Part shown: one piece after another, positions 53,709 to 64,000 of the stretch
How positions within the stretch are numbered: position 1 is the first letter of the stretch
Layout of the letters: each line of letters opens with the position of its first letter
NCBI GenBank assembly: GCA_951804945.1
Contig: OX638150.1
Coordinates: forward strand, 40,052,001 to 40,116,000
Source of the DNA: Podarcis cretensis
Lineage: Eukaryota
Direction of reading: 5' to 3'
Length of the DNA: 64,000 nucleotides
Position numbers and translations under genes: made by a program
The notes under the pieces: model-generated
The model's input: the letters and a program-made list of their open reading frames with translations, nothing else
What the model was told of the DNA's origin: nothing
Databases searched by the model: none

Positions 53709-56700
53709 TAAGGCTACACACACCTGCTCTCCAAAATGAGTAATAAATCTCATTGTTCTTTTTATATATTTCCCAGCCTACTGCCCTTCCTTACGTTTAG
53801 ATAAGCAAATATGTCAACTTCAGAACAAAAGACTGTGAAAGCGTTGCCATTTTGTGCTTTGAAGATTCTGAAAGCTTACAATGCCACATGGAAAACATAT
53901 TGGCTTGCCCTCTCATCATATTCAGCAAGGGCTTTTATAGATGTAGAAATTAAGAATCGCAAGATTCCAGGTGTTCCTGTGTAATATCATAGACAATTGT
54001 GAAGCATGTACCGTATTTGTAGAAGCGAGTGGCTCTGCCAAGAAAATCATTCTGGATCTCCCACAATAATTCTTTAAAAAGAACAACAAACGTTTCTAAA
54101 GTCTTTAAAAGGTCCAAGTTAGCCTTCTATTTGATTTTCCTTTGAGCAAAAGGGACAGGATGGAACTTGTGAGTTTGATACATGACAGGTCACTTGCCCA
54201 CCATTACTTCCCACCTTGCCCACCTTCTACCACCACATTTCTTGCCAAGAATTCCAAAGCCTGCATTGCAGTCAGAATAACTTGCATGGACTTAAATATG
54301 TTTTTTTTCTAGTTTGTTTAATCCGTTTCAGACAAAGAGGCCATGTTTCCTTGATGCAGAATTTGGATGTATTTATTTATTTATTTAAAATGAATGTTAG
54401 TTTAAATTCATGATTAACAGCTTTCCATCTAAATTGAAGGTCAGACATTAAAAATGATAAATTATTATGTTCATTGTAAAAATTACATTACAAAATAACA
54501 TGCACACAAAAAAGAAAACTAAGTAGAAAGACGTTCTGGAGAAATAAATTTGTTCTAGTCTATCAGTTCCAGCACTTCCTGCCATGCAGCATAGTTTAGT
54601 TCCAGTATCTGACAAAGGAACCTCACTGCTCTGCAATAATTTAGTTTAAGCTCATTATTTCTATCAGCTTATACATTAAGACAACATTCAAGTTGTATAT
54701 AAATAATACATTATTATTTAAGTTAACTACAGGATATACTACAAGTGCAGATAATATTGTTGGGATGCAGTTTAGTATCATTTTTAGCTACTTTTACTGT
54801 ATTTCTTTGATGAAAGTCCTCTCCTGCCCTCACCGTGCTTACTAGGCAGTTTTTAGAATTGCTAGTTCTGCTGCTTCTGCAACAGGATGGTAGCACAATA
54901 AGCATAGTTTTATTTTTAAAAATTATAGTTGTAAACCACTTAGAAAAAGTATACAAATTTTTAAATAATAACCACTATGTTAAGTGTTGTGTAGTACAGC
55001 AGCAATAACTAAGGGCAAATACCTAGTCTGTTTATGAGGAAAATGCAAGAATATTGAGAAGACTTCAAATGTTATAAAAAAGTTGCATTCAAAGGCTTAT
55101 TGGAAAATGAGAATTGGCCTTATTAAAACATGGGTGAATCTCTTTCATGGCAGGCATGTTTTAAACTCAGATCAAATTCTATATATAATTTTGTAAGACA
55201 AGCTATGTCGTTTTTAACACCATCGCTTAATTTGTCACTGTGAACTCCCTACAGAAAATCTGTAGTTCCCAGCATGGACACAGTAAAAAAAACCCTACAG
55301 GTGGTTTTTCCCCCCATCTATGTCTGATAGATGAAATATATATAATATAAAAATTGCAATTCCCATATTGTGAATTGCAGATTCTCCTAAGAGAGTTCAC
55401 ATTGACAAAGAAGGTCCATACGCAAAACGTTTTGCACCAAATACTGTTAATACAGAGTTGCGGGGGGGGGGGGGGGAGGGAAGGATTGGCCAAGGCATGT
55501 TTTTAAAGGAAGTTACCACAGAATCACAATCAAACAGATTAGAACCGTTGTGGAAAAACAGGACATCCTAGGGAAGATCCATTATCCCAGAGTGTCTAAG
55601 GGCATGTCAGTCATTTTAACAACTTGGCTTGTCTCACAAACAGGAGCCAAAGCAGCCTAATATGACAACAGCTAGAAGTGCTTGGGAAAATGCCCCTTCT
55701 GGCACCTTCTGGAACAGGGTTTTGCCCTACATTCTCTCCATATCCTAATACCACCACTTATCACACTTAGTGATGGAGCTCCTTTGTATATTTCTATTTT
55801 TTTGTTTCACTGTAACATCTGACCTTTGTATTTTCTGAAAATAATTAGATGATTGGGTTTGCTATTTTTTATTAGATCTAGAAAAAAACACACTAAACAT
55901 TATATATCTGAAATGCCCATTCTTTCATTCTGTATAAATCGTTACCAGTTTGTATTTCTTACTTTTTCCCCTTCATGACAAATCATAAAGCAGGAATCAA
56001 ACTTCTTATGATGTTTTACAAGAAGAATTCTGAAACATGTGTCACCTTTTGTGCATGCTCTCTGCTCCATGTATACATGCAAATAAAAGGCAGTATCCCA
56101 TGGGGCTCCTGTTTGAACAGAAACTTAAAGCAACCTTGATTTCTGTTTGTATATCTGTTCAGTTTTGTATAGGATTGGATTCCAACTTAACGAAGGTTGG
56201 GGAGCACTACACCTTATTTGCAAACTTGAAGCTAAAGCCTGTATTCATAAACTATTCAACAAACAATTTTCATATAGCATTTCCATGATTTGTGCCAAGG
56301 ATTATTTATAACAAAATTATGTTTTCCCTTAGGCATCTGTGAACAGTTGGTCCTATTTATTTCTGTGTTTTATCCATCATCTTTGGAGGATTGAAAAAAA
56401 GTGATGGATGAAATTACATGAAAATTGAAACAAAATAGTAAAGCAAGCCCTGGGGGTAAACTCACTCTCATTGTAAATAGAGTACTTCGGTAAACTTGTT
56501 CTGATTTGTTCTGTAAGATGGTGCTAATTACAGATTTCTAAGTTCAGTTAATTTTATTTTAAAAACATCATGGGGAATATTCTAATGAGAACATCTGTTG
56601 AGCACATAGTGAGCCAAAAACTAGGCTGAGCCAAAATTCAATTGAATGGAGGTATCTTGAATTTGCTTAGGTCGGTGTGTGTGTAAACTTTAAACTCCTC

Positions 56701-58828
56701 CTCCTTTCTCACCCCCAAGTAAAATTAAAGCTTTTCCCCCACATCTGTGCTGTATTCAGAGCAGCGCCGTACTTTACGTGAAAAACCTGTTCGATATATA
56801 CAACAGTGTTTCCCACAGAAAATACTAGAAGGCATAAAGGGTACAGAATTCCCATGTTGGGCCAGAGTGATATGAACACAAGTGTTTAAGTGCACGTCTG
56901 TTTCTCCACAGTTCACCTATTTGCTGTGGGAAACATTGGTATGTACATAGGATTGGGTTTTCCATATAAAAAAAATTCTCAGCGTTTTTGTATCCTAAAC
57001 GCTGTTTGGCTATGTTTATCACCAGCACAGAGGAAGAACAAACAATCATTTAGGTTAAATAATCAGTGACACAAGTTTCCAGAGGCATACATTTAAGTCA
57101 TGGCGATTTCATTTGGTCAAAACCATATTCACCAAACTTGAAACTTTATTATACTCTCTTCTCTGCCCTTTGTGGTCATTGTGGGGACTCCAAGGCAATC
57201 ACTCATCGATCTATCTATCCAACTGTCAACACCTAATTTAATGTTCTTTAAAGTGTCACTTAACCTTGAATGATGTTGGCCTAAGTCCTTATAGACTTCA
57301 AGCTAGACGTCAACTGGCATCATTTCTTCAGCTAGCCAAAACAACGCACTTTGAGAGCTGCAATCTTCTGCTATGTATTTTCCCAGAGTTCAAACTTTTC
57401 TAGTTAAACTGAGTGTTAATCAAAACATCAGGAAAATGGGCAAATTGCATTTAAAAGGCTGGTGTCTTACACCATTCCAAAAATATTTGGGGCATGTAAA
57501 AAGAGTTCTGGAGCATCTTCAAGAGTGTTCTTGTTTTGATGATACATTTGACTCATATCAAATTTAGTTTTTGGTCTATTCTATTCTCATCATCTTAATT
57601 TAACCCATTGGTGCAATAAATCTTGAAGTCACCTACTCACAGAGGAAATGCTCTTTTACACAAATTTTACACAGGCTACTTAACAGCAAAAACCACTGCC
57701 AGCAAAGCTGGTAACTAAAAATCATGGATGTACAGAAGATCTGCAGCTGACTTCTTATATATCTTTTGATTCTATCTTCAAATCAGCAAACAATGAGCCC
57801 TTTGCCGTGGGCTTACTTCCTCCAGATGTTCATATTTATTCATCTCCTTTAGAGATTTCTGGATACCTTTTTATTAAGAAAAAAAACAACCCTCCAGTTT
57901 TAGGGAACTCCCTTTTAGGTATTTTTCCTTCCTTTCACTTTGCTTTGGTTGTATTTCTATAGGATTTTATTGATACATGTAAAGGGTATTGTGCTCATAT
58001 GTACTTTATCTGAGCAAAGCCAATTCAAATAAGCTATATCAACCCAAAGATTGAAATAGCCCAGTCTGCATTTCCCTGTTGTGACAGTTTTCAAGGTCTT
58101 CAATCTAGATATTCCTTCCTCCTCACAAAACTTCAGTTCTCTTTCAGTGTGAATGATTCTGAAAACAGCTATAGCTTGTTTATATAGCCAAATGCCCAGG
58201 GAGCATTCTGTGATTTGGGTGTTTTTACTTACGCTCCAAATCTAGCCCTGCTGTGTATGGGTTGCAACTAACAAAGTCATTGTGTGAGCAGAATGACTTC
58301 AGCTTACACACCATAACTTCCCCTTTTTCTCCATCTTTCCACCACCCCTCAAACATGCCTGTTGCTCTCTCCCAGATCTGCTCTGGGGTTTACACCAGCC
58401 TTCCTGGAGGCAACTCAGCAGCCAGAGCATTAACAAGAGCAGGAAGGTGTGAACACACAGCACTGCTTCTAGCTGCCAGTTTTTAAATGATTGTTTAATT
58501 TAAAGTGTTTCTTTTGACCTTACAAAGCCCTATGCAGCCCATGGCCCTACTACCTAAAGGGCCACCTCTTCCCATATGAAAGACAGACACAGGCCTTCTC
58601 TATAGTAACTCCCTTCTCTAGAAAACTCTCCATGATAAAAGAAAGGCATGCCTGGCACCAACTTCACTCTAATTATGCAGTAGATAAAAATGTTTTTATT
58701 CATTCCAGTCGTTCCGGACAGCTTTATGATACTGATGCTGCAGTTCTTCAATCCGGGCTTTACTGTGTGTTTTTATAAATGTTACTGCACTGAGACTGCT
58801 CATTGTTATAACATGTTTTATTGTATAT

Positions 58829-58864
<36 letters not shown>
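58829..58864. repeat. (GA)n microsatellite
   Basis: Directly visible run with one interruption. Confidence 0.95.
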
Positions 58865-58865
<1 letters not shown>

Positions 58866-60234
58866 TGAATATCACTTGGAGACTTTTTAGTATTATGTGA
58901 TTTTTTTTAAAAAAAAAATCACTACTAAGGCCCTGGTCCACACAAGGAAATGAGGAATGAGAGGGTGGACAGCAAAGCAAGGTCAAGTAAAATTAAGAGA
59001 TTTAAAAACTATTAAGCAATTTATCAATGCTTTTAAATAAAGGAAGTTCTTAAAGTTACAGTTCTTTTACAAGGTCTGCCTCTGCAGATTCTGACTGTAT
59101 AGAATAGCAGCAACTTCACGGTGGTGGTGGCAGTTCTGCCTGTCTTGCACTCCCTATAGGTACCCCCTTCTCCCCCACCCTGCCCATCAGATCCAGGAGC
59201 AGAGCAGATGACAGTGCCCAGGCCAGGAGGACAGGGCAGCTTCTGCCCCACAGTCAGAAAGCTGACTTGATGATGGTAAAAGAAATCAGAGTAAACACAG
59301 CATTCTCCTTTGCACCTATCCATCATTTCAACATGCCTATATGTCTCCTTTCACCTGTCACACACTTTAAAATTCCTGTTGGGGGAAAACCAACAACTTG
59401 ATTCCTTTGTTGTTATATTTTCACTTATTTGGCAATAACAAAAGTTAAAACTTTCTCAAATCAGACGTTTTTGAAAGATGCACACCCTACATTCTAACCG
59501 TAACAGAAGCCCTTATTTGTAGTTAAATTATGATGTATTACATTTTTGTGCATTTTGTTATAATATAATCTGAGCCTTTTCACACTTAATAAGGGACCAG
59601 TGCTCTAAACCATGTTAGGTTGAAGGTTATCATCTTAAATTGACTCTCATACTATCCAAAAACCAGGAAAGCTTAGTTGTTGCTCTTCATTTCATTTCAT
59701 GATCTGCATTGGTTTCATTTGCTATATTAGGCACTTATAGGAAGCTCCTTCAGGATAGAAGAAAAATTCAACAAGAAAATAACAATTAATGGTAAAATCT
59801 GATATTTTTTGCCTGCCAGTGGAACTGACATCATTGGCAGAATGAACTCCCCCAAATTTAGTCTTATTTATATATTTTTAAATTGTATATTGCTTTAGCA
59901 TGAAAAATATTAAAGTGGTTTACAGCAAATTATCAGTAGAAAAGACTTTATGACCTGAAAATAGAGACAATGCACTTACTTTTGTAACCCAAGAAAATCT
60001 TTAATAATAATTGTGTTTTTAAGTGGTTTACAGCTATAAAAACAAAACAGTGCAATAATACAATAAAGCCATCAAAAAGTTAAAAACATATCTCAATTAA
60101 TCATTGTGGAAGGGTGTACTCTTAATTGCCTGCATAGACCTGGAGGAATAGAAAAGTCTGTTGGTGGAGTACTCCACAGGACTGAACCAATGACACTGAA
60201 GGGATGCCCTTAAATGCATGTGAATTCGCAAAAG

Positions 60235-60428
60235 ACTGTAGTAGAGCGGTAGAGCAGTAGAGTTCTTCTTTGCATGCAAAAGGTTCCAAGTTCAATCCCC
60301 AGCATCTAAAGGTAGGGCTTGAAGATACTATTGTCTGAAATCTTAGAGAGCCACCACTGGTCAGTGTGAACATTACTGAGCAACAAGGACCAGTGTTCTG
60401 ATTCAATATGATGCAGCTTCTTACGTTT
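60235..60428 (+). mobile_element. tRNA-derived squamate SINE (Squam3-like)
   Basis: 'ggtagagca...tttgcatgcaaaaggttccaagttcaatccccagcatc..ggtagggct...ctgaaatcttagagagccacc...gcagcttctta'; A-box remnant and GTTCAATCC B box. Confidence 0.7.
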
Positions 60429-62272
60429 CAAATATTACTGGTTTCTTAAAAATTTGTTACTGGATAACTGGCTCAGAACTGAAGTTGCAAATGCTTTTGT
60501 TTAACGTGATGTGGGGAGGAAGAGATGTTCCCGTCTGAAAACAACATAGTTCTAAAGCGACACCACAGCAGTGTTCTTTTCAAATAATGTTTATCCTGGA
60601 GGTATGCAACTTTTAATATAACTGTATGAAAACAAGTGTGTTCTTTCCTGCTGAGTTCCTTTTCTTCCATGCATTTCCTCTGAAGAGTGGGAAGCTAGCA
60701 TTGCCTGAGTGTTGTAAACAAGAAATTTTAATAAGGCTGTTTTATATTTTGACATGTCCAATTACTCGTGAAAATGTTGCCCTTGCATTTTAAGCAGCAG
60801 GACGCTTATTCACTCCCCTGCTTCAGATAGCTACATTTACAGGCAATGAAGGAAAAATCCTTAAGGCTAGAACACAGTTTAAAGAGAAAAAACCCACATC
60901 AAAGGATGAACTAATGGATTGCTGTAATGCTTACTATCTTGCTTTCCCAAAGGGAATAGGAATGGCAGTAGCTATGTATCCATACACAGTGTTGATTACA
61001 TCCTTTATCGTCAATGAGAGTTCCTGTTTTATGTTCATAAACAGAACCTGATAACTGTTTTTAAGATACATGTGTGTGGCTGGGTGTGGATTTGTGTTTG
61101 TATGTGTATTTCTTTGATTCCCCATGCAAGATACAAAATTATTGCACTTTAAATGGAAACGGCAGTAGTTGCCAGCTACTCAGCTCACTGTTTCAGTTGG
61201 TTGTGCTGTGTGAAAAAACTCTGCAGCAGCACAGTAGAGACATTCCTTTATAAGCAGTTCTGTTTGTTAAATAGAAATCCCGCGGAAACATTTGACCCCT
61301 CACGCCTTGCTGCTTTTCAATTCAGCTGTGAGGCCTTTGCCATGGAATTATTTATCAGGGCCTTTAATTGCATGTGGGACAGTTGATAAATTTGAGTGCA
61401 TTGTGCATCACATCACGTTAGGAAACATCCCAGATGCTCATGTATAAGCCAGGAGTCATGGTGCATTTGAGTAAATAGCCCTCCATCTGCTTCTGAGGAC
61501 CACTGCTGAGTAGCGATATGCACTCCTAATGGAGTTGTCTTAGCCTCCTGTGTCAGCTGCACAGTAGGAGGTAGGGCCCAGTTCGTTTGAAGGAGTACAG
61601 CGATTGTATACTATAATCCTTCTGATTGTGACCTCCAATATGAACAGACCTTTGGGGATGTACCATTTATGCCAATTCCATTTTTTTTTTCTTTTAAAAA
61701 AAGAAATAATGGCAGATAACTTCCTTTTCTTCTGAACTAGCCATGGGGAAGTATAGTCTGTTGTGGCACAGAACCAAAATAATTAGCTAGTATGGTAGAC
61801 ATGCAAATACCCAGTGGCCTTGATATCCAAGCCCCTTGCAAATCTAATCTGGATGAACATACATCTGTGGTGAAAGTGTACGGGAGTAGAAAGGCACAGA
61901 GTACTGGCAGAACATTTCATTTATACTTGTTAGCTTAGATTACTATATAGTTCCGTAGGATTTTCAGCAAAACACACTGCCCACTTTTATTGCTGAAACA
62001 CAGTCACTAAACAATTCAGTTTTCCAGAAAGTCAAGTCCTAATAATTACAGAGGCAAACCTTCCCCCCAGATGGTTGAGCTGTTTCTTAAATGCAGTATG
62101 TGACAATTTGTCACCAGGAGGTCCTCCCAGGGATAGTGAAACACTTCAGTTGAACTGTCTGTGTTTTCAGCACCGGGGAGAATTCCAAGTGGCAAGAAAG
62201 ACTGTTGCCTGCAATATCCCCAGGATACATCCTGTAAGTGGGTTTTGGGAGCCTCCAAGAAGAACTGAAGAC

Positions 62273-62657
62273 TTGTTGTTGTTGTTTAGTCGTTTAGTCG
62301 TGTCCGACTCTTCGTGACCCCATGGAACGCCAGGCACTCCTGTCCTCCACTGCCCCCCGCAGCTTGGTCAGACTCATGCTGGTAACCTCGAGAACACTGT
62401 CCAACCATCTCGTCCTCTGTCGCCCCCTTCTCCTTGTGCCCTCCATCTTTCCCAACATCAGGGTCTTCTCCAGGGAGTCTTCTCTTCTCATGAGGTGGCC
62501 AAAGTACTGGAGCCTCAGCTTCACAATCTGTCCTTCCAGTGAGCACTCAGGGCTGATTTCCTTCAGAATGGAGAGGTTTGATCTTCTTGCAGTCCATGGG
62601 ACTCTCAAGAGTCTCCTCCAGCACCATAATTCAAAAGCATCAATTCTTCTGATTCTT
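62273..62657 (-). mobile_element. BovB (RTE clade) LINE, 5'-truncated 3' end
   Basis: ORF 62294..62692(-) has RRIDAFELWCWRRLLRVPWTARRSNLSILKEISPECSLEG...LQYFGHLMRR.DSLEKTLMLGK.EG.RRRGRQR.RWLD, the BovB C-terminus. 3' end GAGTCGGACACGACT..(CAA)n; 8-bp TSD CTGAAGAC at 62265-62272 and 62658-62665. Confidence 0.95.
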
Positions 62658-64000
62658 CTGAAGACCAGAGCCAAGGAAATAGGGATAAGCAACTAGGATA
62701 AGCTGTCTCATTTGAACATTGTCTTTATTTCTGCCCTTGTTCATAGCTACCCATAGAAATCTGCCTATATGCATTGTTCAGATGAGAATGTAGGTGTGTT
62801 GCTACTGCAGAGGTGTGTATCTAAAAGCAGAGTGTAACTAATAGTGGGAAAAACACATCAAGAGTGATGTTTCTTATGGGCTACCAGATTATTTTTTATA
62901 AAGAATATATCCACCCTGCCTTGTGAAGCAATACATCTTGTCTCTGGGATAAGCCTGCCATTTTCTCAGTGTTTAGCCCTTATGGAGTCTGTCAAATTTA
63001 TTCAGATTTGTGTTTGTACATTTTGTTTTAAGACAATCCAACTCCCTAGCACTCAGTTCTGTTTTTAATAGTGGGGCCTTATCTTACTTAACCACAGCAG
63101 CCCCGTTATTCAACATGTGCCAAGTAGTTTCAGAAATGACACCACTCAGCAAGTCCATTACCGAACTGCCAGGGATAGTAAATGGCTTGCACCTTGAGTT
63201 CTGTTTACAGTAAGTCACGTAAAAAGTGCATTTCTTCTATAAATGGTTGAGTTTATAAGGCCTTTAAACAAGGGACAGCTTACACATTATCAACTTGGCA
63301 AGTCAGATACCAGAGCTTACACTTTAATTAGGCATTTCTAGAATAGCCGTTGCTGCACAGTTTGCATTCCAGAGGCTAAGATACACAAAGAGCCCTCTCA
63401 CACATTTTATTGGAATCTTCTTGATAAAGTCACAGTGAATATTGTGCTATAAATCCTGCTGAAAGGGGACCCTGGGCCTTTTCCTGTCCGTGCAGTGGAA
63501 TTTGGGTTTTAACTTATTTGCTCGTTTGCCTTCATTATGAATTTCTAATGGCCTGCTCAGTTCAAGGTTTTCTGCATAAGAATTTAAGAGGGTCTGCAGC
63601 TATTACTGTGAACCTGAAGATGGTGATAGGCCAGCCTTTGGCTTCAAAAGTTAGTGTGCTGTATGCAGACACTATTAGAACCTAAATGGAAAAGGGTAGC
63701 AGAGGAAGCAAAACTATTGGGAAGCAGAAAGAAGCATTCAAACCCAAAACAATAATTGGTATTTTTATACATTTAAAACAGATGATGGGCAGCTTTGAAT
63801 ATTATAATGTTACAGTAACAAGTGGGGCCTGCTATACACTTTCTTGGTGAAGTGCTTCTGTTCCTTGTTTCAGCCAAGCAGCTATGATTTTTCCATTCAC
63901 CCTCATTTTTTTCTCTCTCTCCAGCAGTCAAGTCAGCATTTTTTACTTCCTAAGTACACTCAGTTACCATTGGCCTATTTTAGAGATCGTCTCCCTCACC

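Noticed and set aside
55462-55481. Poly-G run as a functional G-quadruplex
   Set aside because: A simple homopolymer with no supporting context, and its length is prone to sequencing error.
62322-62696. 124-aa plus-strand ORF as a new protein
   Set aside because: It is the antisense shadow of the BovB coding fragment.
63900-63990. COX10 exon 6 after the strong acceptor ttttttctctctctccag
   Set aside because: The downstream sequence does not encode the expected (S)PLLAVSFA-like peptide; exon 6 must lie beyond the window.

Overview
Vertebrate genomic DNA, not prokaryotic. The repeat content (BovB, squamate SINEs, L2, Penelope, Tigger-like and hAT MITEs) points to a squamate reptile, possibly a lacertid lizard; this is inference. 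The whole window lies inside the COX10 gene (protoheme IX farnesyltransferase / heme O synthase) on the + strand. Four internal coding exons are recognisable by translation and GT-AG boundaries: exon 2 (~467-590), exon 3 (1174-1498), exon 4 (5936-6060) and exon 5 (53637-53707). Intron 4 is 47,576 bp. Exon 1 and exons 6-7 lie outside the window. The introns hold many transposon relics, several with readable TSDs, plus microsatellites and a few candidate conserved non-coding elements. Nearly all ORFs in the supplied track are spurious or TE-derived. I found no convincing wholly new biological system. The most interesting items are a Penelope-derived minimal hammerhead ribozyme in the sense orientation of the COX10 pre-mRNA, two MITEs joined in inverted orientation through a shared TA, a MITE beside its own empty-site duplicate, a 5S rRNA-derived SINE relic, two palindromic microsatellites and candidate enhancers. 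Comparisons with human COX10 and with repeat families are from memory, not database searches.
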